DNA from: Pyrodictiaceae archaeon
GTDB lineage: Archaea > Thermoproteota > Thermoprotei_A > Sulfolobales > Pyrodictiaceae
Direction: 5' to 3'
Assembly: GCA_027036135.1 (NCBI GenBank)
Contig: JALVSY010000007.1
Location: 1,074,884 to 1,138,883 of the forward strand
DNA: 64,000 nt
Both the position numbers and the translations under genes were made by a program. Position 1 is the first letter of the stretch, and each line of letters begins with the position of its first letter. This document shows positions 1 to 8,447 of the stretch, one piece after another. The notes below the pieces were generated by a model. It saw only the letters and a list, made by a program, of their open reading frames with translations, searched no databases and was not told the DNA's origin.

Positions 1-35
1 GTGTATCGGTGATGAAGAAGTAGAGAATTAGCGCC

Positions 36-395
36 TTATACTAGCTCGTAGGCGGGGCGTGCGACGAACCGGACCCTGGCGGGGCCTAGGAGTGCCTCTG
101 CTACGTTTAGTGCTTCGTCGCCCCAGTACTCCCCGCCTGGGCCGGCTAGCCATGCTCCGAAGACTGTGCCGTCGAGGACGACTAGGCCAAGCCTGTGCCC
201 GGTACTGTACCTCACGCAAACAAAGCCAGTAAACCTTGTATCAACGATCTCGTTAGCTATGTGTTCGTAGACGAGCCCATCCACCTCCTCCTCTACGCCG
301 ACACCCTTGCAGGCAAACCTGGCCTCCTCGTCAAGAGGTAGCCCAAAAACACTGCCAGCGTGTGAACTCTTAGTGCCAACCACTACCGCTGCCAT
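36..395 (-). CDS. hypothetical protein (119 aa), family not recognised
   Basis: Longest ORF at the left edge with balanced composition. The overlapping 28..219 ORF is Arg/Pro-rich and looks like a shadow frame. No nameable motif. Confidence 0.4.
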   Translation of the reverse strand: MAAVVVGTKSSHAGSVFGLPLDEEARFACKGVGVEEEVDGLVYEHIANEIVDTRFTGFVCVRYSTGHRLGLVVLDGTVFGAWLAGPGGEYWGDEALNVAEALLGPARVRFVARPAYELV

Positions 396-839
396 AGACC
401 CGCACCACTGAGAATAATGGTGTACTAGAAGGGCAGAAGCACCTCACGTCCTCATAATTAGCCCAGTAACACGGGAACCGGGTCGGGCCTCTGCCTAGGC
501 AATGAGCACGAGAAATACGCTAAGCAGTAGCCAAGAATCAAGGAGTAACAATACCGGGCGTCAGCCAACCCGGCTCACGCCATCAGCGCCTCGCCCCATT
601 GGCGCCTCGGTCCGGGGTTCGCTTCCGGCGCGATCATCACATCCACTACTATTGCCTAGGGCCGCGTAGCCTCCTATAAACCCTGGCAACGATCCGCAGC
701 ACCGCTTATTGCTTAATGCTCCCAGCTTTATATCCTGGAAACAAATCACTTTTCAAGCCTCGTAGCCTGCCTCCATTACTATACCTTCTCCTTGGCCAAG
801 GAATTATTAGTCTAAGCTCATCGTCCCTTCCCCGGGGGT

Positions 840-1640
840 ATGGTGGTGAGAGAGTGCTGCATAGACATAATCTGTGAGGGTTGCCCGGTCCTACTAGTAA
901 TAGATGAGAGGAGGCGCTTCATATTCCAGGCAAGGCGCGGCGCCGTACAGGGTAGTGATAAGGGTGTGCTGAGGCACGATGACATACTTGGCAAAGAGTA
1001 TGGCTCCCGCGTCAAGCTAAGCAGTGGTATAGAAGCAGTAGTTTTGCGTCCACGCCTCATGGACTACATGGAGCGTGGGTTCCGGAGAAAAACCCAGGTC
1101 ATATATCCTAAGGATCATGGACTCATTATAATGTTGCTCGATCTTAAGCCAGGTATGCGTGTACTCGAGATAGGCGTTGGGAGCGGGTTCACAACAGCAG
1201 TATTAGCACAGATAGTTGGGGATGAAGGCAGGGTTTACAGCTACGAGGTGCGCAAAGACAATATAGAGATTGCTAAAAAGAATCTAGAGAAAATAGGCCT
1301 TGCCAATAGAGTTGTGTTGAAGCACCGCGACGCGAGGCTAGGAATAGACGAGGAGGCAATCGATGCCGCTGTAATAGATATGCCTGACCCCTGGGCCGTC
1401 CTCCACCACCTTTACCGCGTTCTTCGCCCAAGTGCTGGGGCAGTATTCTTCTTGCCAGCTGTTAACCAGGTACAGCGCCTCTTGCTAGCACTGGGTCTTC
1501 ATGGAGGCTGGGTGGGGACAAGTGTCTACGAGGTCCTCCTGCGAGGCTATGAGCCTCGAGGGGACGCTCTAAGACCCTATACCACGATGATAGCCCATAC
1601 AGGGTACCTAGTCTATGCGAGAAAAGTGCACATGAGATGA
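840..1640 (+). CDS. trmI: tRNA (adenine57/58-N1)-methyltransferase TrmI (GCD14 family)
   Basis: SAM-binding motif VLEIGVGSGFTT, downstream IDMPDPW, and a GCD14-type N-terminal domain (GVLRHDDILGKEYG). Length is typical at 266 aa. Confidence 0.85.
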   Translation: MVVRECCIDIICEGCPVLLVIDERRRFIFQARRGAVQGSDKGVLRHDDILGKEYGSRVKLSSGIEAVVLRPRLMDYMERGFRRKTQVIYPKDHGLIIMLLDLKPGMRVLEIGVGSGFTTAVLAQIVGDEGRVYSYEVRKDNIEIAKKNLEKIGLANRVVLKHRDARLGIDEEAIDAAVIDMPDPWAVLHHLYRVLRPSAGAVFFLPAVNQVQRLLLALGLHGGWVGTSVYEVLLRGYEPRGDALRPYTTMIAHTGYLVYARKVHMR

Positions 1641-1747
1641 GATCCCTTAATATCTAATCTCTAAAATTGTTTACTTTATTATATAATTATTTAAAGAGCT
1701 TTGAAGAAAATAATTAAAATAAAATATATTTATTATTTCTAAGAAAC

Positions 1748-1954
1748 TTAAGCTGATATTGTCTCTTTTAAAGAGCATATGATATTGCGATAGCTTAATA
1801 ATATTAAGCCCATAATTGTCTTCGTAGACTTGTAGATCTCTATTAAATCTTCAGCGCTCATGATTAATGCCAACTGTTTAGATGTCTCCTTGTATTTCGC
1901 GACTAAGTAAATTAGGGTATTTAGATACCCTGATAAGTAGCGAAATACGGGCAA
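1748..1954 (-). CDS. small hypothetical protein (68 aa) in an AT-rich island
   Basis: Only track ORF inside the AT-rich segment 1641-2036. TTG start, no motif; may be spurious. Confidence 0.2.
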   Translation of the reverse strand: MPVFRYLSGYLNTLIYLVAKYKETSKQLALIMSAEDLIEIYKSTKTIMGLILLSYRNIICSLKETISA

Positions 1955-1963
1955 GAGGAGTCA

Positions 1964-2104
1964 ATGTTGCTCGAGAATAGCTTCATAAGCCCAGTAAGCA
2001 TCCTAGTAGCCTACTCAGTCATAGCAGTACTGATAATTATTGCTGGCTACCTTGTTTATCGTCGTCAGAGCCGTTTCCGGAGAGGCACTCGGCAGCTGCG
2101 TTAG
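1964..2104 (+). CDS. candidate small membrane protein (46 aa), below the ORF-track threshold
   Basis: ATG at 1964 preceded by GAGGAG 3 nt upstream. Encodes one hydrophobic helix (ISPVSILVAYSVIAVLIIIAGYLVY) followed by a basic tail RRQSRFRRGTRQLR. Overlaps the DHH gene 3' end convergently. Confidence 0.3.
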   Translation: MLLENSFISPVSILVAYSVIAVLIIIAGYLVYRRQSRFRRGTRQLR

Positions 2105-3047
2105 CAACCATTCGGGCTATTTGTGCAGCCCCCATGGTCGTTGATGGCCTAGGGGCTCCGGCAACATTGCTATGGCCTCCCCCGCCTAGCCTAGAGGCTA
2201 TGCAGTCAGCCCGGAGCTTGCCCCATGTCTTTATGCTCAGTCCACGCGGGTAGAGAATGACAACTACTTCGGCCTCGCTGGGCCCCGGTGCGACGCCTAA
2301 CCGCTGTACATCGCATGCGCTGGCACGTGGTGGCGGAGTAACGACGGCTACCCTTATGCCACTAAATCTCTCGATAACGATGCTGATCTTCTCCCTTATC
2401 TCGCGATAATAGCTCTCTGCCTCCTTCTCGTAGATCTCGTTGGCCCAGCTGGGCCACAGTTCTCCCTGGGAGAGACTCTCAGCAGCCCTGCGAAGACCGG
2501 TCCAGTCAAGGTGGCGTAGCACTAGTCTCCACTTATCAGCTAAGCCATATGGGTCATCGCTGCAAGAGTCATCGGCTCGGGCTATCTCGACAAGCTTCCG
2601 GGAAACCTCATCGCCCCAGCAATCAATGAGGCGACAAGCTATCTCGGCAGTAACGCTCCCCCGGTCATGTACTATGATCACGCCTTTCTCCTCGAGAGGC
2701 TCCTTGGCGCTAGAGTCCCAGACATGGTGATCAAGCCATACAACACCACGTGCATACTTAGTGAGCGCAGCTATGGCCTCGGCATCGCCCCGTGTCCGTG
2801 GAGAGAGATCAGCAACAACTACGGCGGTGCCTGGCTTCCCGGCAGCCTCTTGGAGAGCACGCTTAACCATAGTATAAAGCCCCCTAACGCCAGCAACACT
2901 ATGAGAGACCTCCTTGCCTTCTCCCCGAGCCCATCGCATGATTATAGCAGCGCTAGACAAACCATCGAGATCAACGTGGCTGACAACATGTATCCTAGCA
3001 GCGCCTCGCAGCAACTCCCTAGCCCTCTCCAAGACATCGCTTGCCAC
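2037..3047 (-). CDS. DHH/DHHA1-family phosphoesterase
   Basis: Motifs VSHVDLDG (DxD), WLDHHVW (DHH) and C-terminal LGGGGHSNVAG (the GGGH motif of DHHA1). GTG start. Confidence 0.8.
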   Translation of the reverse strand: MASDVLERARELLRGAARIHVVSHVDLDGLSSAAIIMRWARGEGKEVSHSVAGVRGLYTMVKRALQEAAGKPGTAVVVADLSPRTRGDAEAIAALTKYARGVVWLDHHVWDSSAKEPLEEKGVIIVHDRGSVTAEIACRLIDCWGDEVSRKLVEIARADDSCSDDPYGLADKWRLVLRHLDWTGLRRAAESLSQGELWPSWANEIYEKEAESYYREIREKISIVIERFSGIRVAVVTPPPRASACDVQRLGVAPGPSEAEVVVILYPRGLSIKTWGKLRADCIASRLGGGGHSNVAGAPRPSTTMGAAQIARMVANAAAECLSGNGSDDDKQGSQQ

Positions 3048-3162
3048 GGCTCCCTCAACACCCCCGCTCTCTGCTCCCCCTCCCCGTACTCATTAACAAT
3101 GCCCCAGCACCCAGGCTTGCTAAGAATCCGTGCCCAGAACTATTTGGGGCCTTGTAGGGAGC

Positions 3163-3193
3163 GGTGTAGATGCCATCTACACCAAGCTATAAG
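3163..3193 (-). promoter_or_regulatory. TATA-like box plus 21-bp palindrome, copy 1 of a motif shared by three promoters
   Basis: Minus-strand reading is CTTATAGCTTGGTGTAGATGGCATCTACACC. Arms GGTGTAG/CTACACC are perfect complements. Near-identical blocks occur at 11024-11054 and 35819-35851. Confidence 0.45.
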
Positions 3194-3233
3194 CAATAGC
3201 GCCTCCCCTTCTTAGCAGGGGGCCGGGTCTTCC

Positions 3234-3890
3234 TTGAAGCAACGGGATGCTTCTTTAATAGACTACTTGGTTGGAGACGAGGTATTGTTACTAAAAGGAT
3301 TAACTACGATTTACTATTCCGGTCTCCTCGCCCTCGGCATTATATTCGGGCTTATCGTATCAGTAATCCTCCTTGCACCAAGCAACAATGTGCAAGGCGT
3401 AGCCTATGCTATATTCGTCGCAGCTGGGTTCATGGCCTTAGTTGATGCTGGGTTCTTTGTTGGCTTGCGGCGAGTAGATAATAGCTTCTTGAGCAGCTGT
3501 GGCTGCTTCGAGGCCGGAGTAGTGGTGCTTGCCAATGGTATCTTATCGCTCCTATACCTGGCGTACATAGTGTTTCACCGAGGAGAAATTGTGTCCCCTC
3601 TTGGCCAAACAAGCTCTATTATATTAGCGTTGCTCAACGGGCTTAGTCTTATAGCCCTAGGACTCACGCTTACCAAGATAAACGAAGTAGTTAATGAATC
3701 AGCGCTAAGTCTAGCTGGTACAGGGCTCGCTGTAAGCGGGTTACTGAGCCTAATACCAGTCTTATCCAGGTTAGCCTCTCTCCTCTATTTCCTATCACTA
3801 ATAGTGATGTGCTACGGGCTTAACAAGGCTATAACAAATCTAAGGATAAGGCTATGCCATAAGGAACCAGGTCTCTGCAAGTACGCCTAG
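3234..3890 (+). CDS. polytopic integral membrane protein, unknown family
   Basis: 218 aa with about 6 hydrophobic segments. TTG start. No catalytic motif recognised. Confidence 0.55.
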   Translation: MKQRDASLIDYLVGDEVLLLKGLTTIYYSGLLALGIIFGLIVSVILLAPSNNVQGVAYAIFVAAGFMALVDAGFFVGLRRVDNSFLSSCGCFEAGVVVLANGILSLLYLAYIVFHRGEIVSPLGQTSSIILALLNGLSLIALGLTLTKINEVVNESALSLAGTGLAVSGLLSLIPVLSRLASLLYFLSLIVMCYGLNKAITNLRIRLCHKEPGLCKYA

Positions 3891-4768
3891 GTCTCTATTC
3901 CGTACTCACACGTCTTGCACGGAGGCCTCTCGCTTGGCCCTGGCGGCTCCTCGGAGGCGAGTCGAGCCACTATGTTAGGTAGTATCTCGGTCTCAAACCA
4001 ATCAGCTAGGTCCTCTGGCGCGAAACGCTCGCGTAGAAAGGTACGGCCAGTGACATCCTTATAGACGAGGACTGCTTCCTCAACAGGCCATTTATCGACT
4101 AGTATCCATGCATAAGTGGCTAGCTGGGTCTTAGCAGCGAGATAGCCCCTTGAGTGCCTCTTGACGAGCCAGGGCTTGGAGGAGGTCTTTAGCTCAATTA
4201 CCCTAAGTCCTCCACGGCCATAGGATATGTCATCGGGGACCCCTATGACCATGAAGCTTTCTCCGCGAGGCCTACGAGCAATCATCGGCCAATCCTCACG
4301 CCTAAAGTACTCAACAATATCGCTGGCTTCTAGGTACCTTCTTAGCTGCTCCTCGTACTCCTCCGGCCTTATCAGGCCCTTGTCCAATACGCCTTTCTCT
4401 ATAAGCTCTACGAGGGTTCCTACGCCTCCGCGTAACAAGGTCTCAGCTAGCCTAGGCCCTGTAACAGCCTCCCCGATGGCCTCGTCAAGGGAATCACCGT
4501 GAATGAGCCTACCAGTGATTATGCGCTCCCGCCCCCTCTTCCACAGCTCACCGACCCACAGGTAGAGAAGCCCCTCAAGCTCCTCCTGGCTCAGAGAATC
4601 CAGAGAGAGCCACCCAGTGTTGAAGAGACTAGTGTTGTGCCAGGCCTTGAGCCTGCACCAGTGCCAGGCACCAATAGCACTAGCAGGCACTACTGGTGGA
4701 GCCTCCTGCCTAGCCCTAGCCCCTACTAGGAATAGCGCAGTCTTCTTGCAGAGGCGCTGGCTCAACAC
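3887..4768 (-). CDS. Cas4/RecB-like PD-(D/E)xK nuclease superfamily protein
   Basis: VPDD...VIELKTS (D...ExK) followed by TQLATYAW (QxxxY). One N-terminal Cys (WHWCRLK) and a C-terminal CKTC, consistent with Cas4-type Fe-S ligands (only two C-terminal Cys are visible). Confidence 0.55.
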   Translation of the reverse strand: MLSQRLCKKTALFLVGARARQEAPPVVPASAIGAWHWCRLKAWHNTSLFNTGWLSLDSLSQEELEGLLYLWVGELWKRGRERIITGRLIHGDSLDEAIGEAVTGPRLAETLLRGGVGTLVELIEKGVLDKGLIRPEEYEEQLRRYLEASDIVEYFRREDWPMIARRPRGESFMVIGVPDDISYGRGGLRVIELKTSSKPWLVKRHSRGYLAAKTQLATYAWILVDKWPVEEAVLVYKDVTGRTFLRERFAPEDLADWFETEILPNIVARLASEEPPGPSERPPCKTCEYGIET

Positions 4769-4975
4769 TCTATCATCTCGCCTCAGTGCCCTACTCTATG
4801 CTCTTCAGCCTCTATGCCTCCCCCTTATCGGAGGATAGCTGGGTGACTAAAATAGCGGCTATGTCGATGGTTAGTCGTGTCTCGCTGGATTAGTGCTGGG
4901 ATTATGCTGCTATTGCTTCGTGTAAAGGAGGAGCAAAACAATATGACTTGCTTATGCACAGAGAGGTTACGGCGT

Positions 4976-5428
4976 TTACTTTGTCTCCTTCCTTGTCTCA
5001 ACGACTAGTACATCAACATTCTTGCTTATTGATATTACTTTGCTAGAGACGCTTCCAAGTATGAGTCTCTCAAGTCCGCCCCTACCACGCCTACCAACTA
5101 CTATTAGGTCGTAGTTGTTCTCCTCGGCGTAGCTTACTAGCTCCTCGGCAGGGTCGCCCATGAGTATAGCATAGTCGGCTTCTACACCGTTAGTCTCCTT
5201 TATCTCGGTGACTAGTTTCTCTAGCTCCTTCTTAGCTGGCTCCTCTAGGCTCTTTATATCAACAGTCTCGGGGACCATGAGCTCGCCTAGGAACACTACT
5301 GGCGGGGGCAGCACGGTTGCAACTGTTACTTTTGCTCCAAGGCTCCTAGCTAGGCTAACCGCCTTCATAACCGCCTTCTTTGATGCCTCGCTCCCGTCGT
5401 ACCCGACGAGTATCCGTGTATAGCTCAT
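4976..5428 (-). CDS. universal stress protein (UspA family)
   Basis: RILVGYDGSEAS at the N-terminus and DLIVVGRRGRGGLERLILGSVSSKV (ATP-binding G-2x-G-9x-G-S/T). 150 aa. Confidence 0.85.
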   Translation of the reverse strand: MSYTRILVGYDGSEASKKAVMKAVSLARSLGAKVTVATVLPPPVVFLGELMVPETVDIKSLEEPAKKELEKLVTEIKETNGVEADYAILMGDPAEELVSYAEENNYDLIVVGRRGRGGLERLILGSVSSKVISISKNVDVLVVETRKETK

Positions 5429-5481
5429 TACGGGTTACACCCACTTGGCGGGTACAATGCTAAGAGAAATATAATAATCCT

Positions 5482-6480
5482 GTGCCCCTCCGCAATAATG
5501 GTATAAGGCTCTCCGCACACCATATATACGGGTTAGGGGAGGCCCGGGGCTCCTTGACCAGGAAGCATCAATGGCGCCGCGTACTACTCTGGGCAGCTAT
5601 ACTGACTCTGCTCTCCTCGCCGTTCCTAGCCACTTTCATCCCTCACCGAGAGGCTAGGAGTAAGGAGCTAAGCCCAAGCGAGCTAATGGCCAAGGCAGCT
5701 ATCTATGCTAACAAGAGCCTAGTCGAGCTAAACAAAGCCCTGGTACTCGATAAGCCTGATGCCGAGAGCCTGGCCCTGGACTCTGTGGCCGCTAGGGACG
5801 TCTCGAGAGCATTAGCTGAGCGCGCAGCAAATACGCCGGACTCGGGGCTCGCCGGGTTCCTTAGGAAAGCGATGCTGGCCTATGCCGACTTAGCCAACGC
5901 GTCCTCGTACACGATGCTAGCCACGCCCCGCCTCTATGAAGGCCTCATAGAGGTACAGAAAGCCCTAATAGCCCTCAAAGAGTGTAAGGTAGACAAGTAC
6001 CTAGAGCTCTACGAGAAGGCACGGACCAAGCTACTGGAGGCAGACAAGCCCCTCCTAGAGGCACTAAGCCTCCTGGTATCGCTCAACGAGTCCTACTTGC
6101 TCTCTCCGGTTCACGAGGAGATAGCAGAGAACCTCACAACAAGCGTCGCAGCCGCAGCGAAGACGATAGAGGAGCTAGAAAGGCTCTACAACATAGTCCA
6201 ATCGTACCAGGACGCCATAGAGAAGCTCTGCCAAGGACAAAAGCCGAGCCCAAGCAGGCTACAGGGGCTAGCAAGCAGCATCTCGAAGCTTAACCCCGGG
6301 AACGCTGGCCCCCTCGGCTATGAGGAAGCCGAGGCACTAAGCCACATACTATCCCTAATGAAGGGCCAAGCTCAGTGTAACAAGCCGGGAACAAGCTCCG
6401 GGAGCGGGACAAGTAGTGCCGGGTCCAGAGGACGGGGAGGAAGCGGTGCTGGCTACGGAGAGCCTAGCAGCGATGACTAG
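5482..6480 (+). CDS. membrane-anchored helical protein with a Gly/Ser-rich C-terminal tail
   Basis: Signal/TM segment VLLWAAILTLLSSPFLATF, long helical body, tail GTSSGSGTSSAGSRGRGGSGAGYG. Directly upstream of two vWA genes. True start probably downstream of 5482 (in-frame TTG about 5554), because a TATA-like run lies at 5464-5477. Confidence 0.5.
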   Translation: MPLRNNGIRLSAHHIYGLGEARGSLTRKHQWRRVLLWAAILTLLSSPFLATFIPHREARSKELSPSELMAKAAIYANKSLVELNKALVLDKPDAESLALDSVAARDVSRALAERAANTPDSGLAGFLRKAMLAYADLANASSYTMLATPRLYEGLIEVQKALIALKECKVDKYLELYEKARTKLLEADKPLLEALSLLVSLNESYLLSPVHEEIAENLTTSVAAAAKTIEELERLYNIVQSYQDAIEKLCQGQKPSPSRLQGLASSISKLNPGNAGPLGYEEAEALSHILSLMKGQAQCNKPGTSSGSGTSSAGSRGRGGSGAGYGEPSSDD

Positions 6481-6496
6481 TAAGGAGCACTAATAG

Positions 6497-7444
6497 GTGC
6501 CAGCGATGACGTTGCAGAGTCTCAGCGTTCACGGGCTCGGGGTAAGCCTTGCCCACCCATATATGCTCCTTCTCTCACTCCTAGCATTGGTTCCTCTATT
6601 CCTCTGGAGGAGGGCGCGTAGAGTCTACCAGGTACTTGCTCAGAGCCTTGGCCCTAGGGGTAGGCCTCCACGCGTTCCCTTGTTCATGGTGCTCTCTATA
6701 CTGCTGCTCTCCTTGGCAGCTAGTAGTCCCGTTATCCGCTACTATAAGGAGGTTAGGGTCGAGAACGCATCGCTTAGCACAGTGGAGAAGATCCCTATTA
6801 GCCTTGTTGTGTGCCTAGATGTATCTAAGAGCATGAACTATAGGGATGGTGGCTTAAAGCGCATAGATATGGCCAAGGACTTCGTAGCGGGCCTAGCAAG
6901 GCACATAGGCCGTGCCAAGCTAGTTCTCCTAGTCTTCTCCAATACCACTAGGCTAGTATACGAGGGCGCACCCAGCAACGTTACTCAGATCCTGAGCAGT
7001 ATAAAGGCTGGCGAACGATACTCAGCCATAGGCGATGCCGCGGCAGCCGCAGCCAGCTACGTGAAGGCATCAGGGATGCCTGGCGCAGTACTAGTCGTCA
7101 CCGATGGTGGCTGGAACTACGGCGCTGACCCGGTAAGAGTCGCGGAGACGCTAAGGAGGGAGAAGATACCAGTGATATTCGTTATAGTCGGCAACGATCC
7201 TCGGGGAGCAAGTCTTGCCGCGAAGCTGGAGAGCCATGGAGTAAGGGTTTACCAGCTAAACGAGCTAAGCTACCAGGCACTCAACAGCCTCGTAGAAGAA
7301 GCCGCGAGGAGTACAAGGCTAGAGACACTCCGCTTAGCAGGTATAACTAGTGTCTGGCTCCCTGTGGGCGAGAAGAGCATCTCGTGGCTCATAGGCCTAG
7401 CTACAGCACTCATCCTTGTCTTAAGACTAGTCGTGGAGACTTAG
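6497..7444 (+). CDS. vWA-domain membrane protein (BatA-like)
   Basis: N-terminal TM helices, then the MIDAS motif VVCLDVSKSM (DxSxS) and VVTDGG. C-terminal TM. Confidence 0.75.
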   Translation: MPAMTLQSLSVHGLGVSLAHPYMLLLSLLALVPLFLWRRARRVYQVLAQSLGPRGRPPRVPLFMVLSILLLSLAASSPVIRYYKEVRVENASLSTVEKIPISLVVCLDVSKSMNYRDGGLKRIDMAKDFVAGLARHIGRAKLVLLVFSNTTRLVYEGAPSNVTQILSSIKAGERYSAIGDAAAAAASYVKASGMPGAVLVVTDGGWNYGADPVRVAETLRREKIPVIFVIVGNDPRGASLAAKLESHGVRVYQLNELSYQALNSLVEEAARSTRLETLRLAGITSVWLPVGEKSISWLIGLATALILVLRLVVET

Positions 7445-7459
7445 AGAGGGCTACGAACC

Positions 7460-8440
7460 ATGAACGTGACTGGTATAAAGCTAGTGGAGTCCGTTGCTGG
7501 CATCGTGGCGCTGGCTCTGCTTGTCTCGGCTATACTACTAGCTAGGAGGCCGAGCAGGAGGTACTACGAGAGGAACAGATTCATTCATCCCTTAGCAAGG
7601 TTCGTTGAGGATAGGCCCTATACGCGTCGCCGCGGCATACTGGCCCTAGAACTCCTCATAGCCCTAGTCTTCTCGCTAGCAGTGGCTTCACCAACTATTA
7701 GTTATACTGTGACTAAGATTGTTGAGAAACAAGCGGCGACCCAGCTAAGAGTACCGCCCAGGCCAGCCCTCGTCATAATAATAGATACCTCGGGGAGCAT
7801 GAGTGGCTGGAAGATAGAGGCAGCGAAGCAAGCTATAGAGAGGCTCGTAGAGAAGATAGCTAGCCTTAACAAGACAGTGGACATTGGGCTCATATCGTTT
7901 AGCCATGTAGTCAAGCTCGCTATACCGTCAACCGACAACGTCTCAGAGATACTCCAGGCGATAAAGGAGCTTAGAGCAGGCGGCGGTACAATGTACACCT
8001 ATCCCCTAATGACGGCGTATAGCTGGCTAAGCCTATACCGTCACTTCAACCAGACAGCAATAATAGTGTTCGCGAGCGATGGGCTACCAGCCGATAGGGA
8101 ACAATACCGCGAAGTACTCAGGCGCCTAGCAGCAATAGGCGTAAAGATATACACAGTATTCATAGGCAAGAGCCCTGAGGGGAGAAGAGAGACAGAATAC
8201 ATGGCAAAAATTGGTCACGGCAAGAGCTACACAGCAGCCGAAGCAACAGAGCTAATCAAGGTATTCGAGGAGATAGCAAATCAGGCCACAAAGGCACTAA
8301 TGAACGTCACGGTGTCAGCAAAGCTAACAATAAGGATAACAAAGGAGAAACAACTAAGCCCCTACCTTTACGCAGCCGCCGCGCTACTCCTAGCAATCTA
8401 CGCTATGCTGTGGCACCGCGAACTAGGACTAGCAGCATAG
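7460..8440 (+). CDS. vWA-domain membrane protein (BatB-like)
   Basis: TM helices, MIDAS motif IIIDTSGSMSG, FASDGLP, C-terminal TM. Adjacent paralogous architecture to 6497..7444. Confidence 0.75.
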   Translation: MNVTGIKLVESVAGIVALALLVSAILLARRPSRRYYERNRFIHPLARFVEDRPYTRRRGILALELLIALVFSLAVASPTISYTVTKIVEKQAATQLRVPPRPALVIIIDTSGSMSGWKIEAAKQAIERLVEKIASLNKTVDIGLISFSHVVKLAIPSTDNVSEILQAIKELRAGGGTMYTYPLMTAYSWLSLYRHFNQTAIIVFASDGLPADREQYREVLRRLAAIGVKIYTVFIGKSPEGRRETEYMAKIGHGKSYTAAEATELIKVFEEIANQATKALMNVTVSAKLTIRITKEKQLSPYLYAAAALLLAIYAMLWHRELGLAA

Positions 8441-8447
8441 CTCAGTA

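Noticed and set aside
396-839. Possibility that the gap encodes SRP RNA or RNase P RNA
   Set aside because: I looked for the SRP helix-8 GGAA tetraloop context and for GAGGAAAGTCC-type RNase P motifs on both strands and found neither. It is kept only as a low-interest unknown.
1641-2036. AT-rich blocks (also 41583-41760, 46500-46720, 53010-53450, 54076-54503) as replication origins
   Set aside because: No ORB or mini-ORB-like repeats (GTTCCAGTGGAAAC type) and no orc1/cdc6 gene adjacent. AT-richness alone is insufficient.
2440-3215. Plus-strand ORFs 2440..2730, 2667..3215 and 2914..3096
   Set aside because: All are antisense to the DHH/DHHA1 gene, which has clear catalytic motifs. Their compositions are Ser/Pro/Ala-rich.
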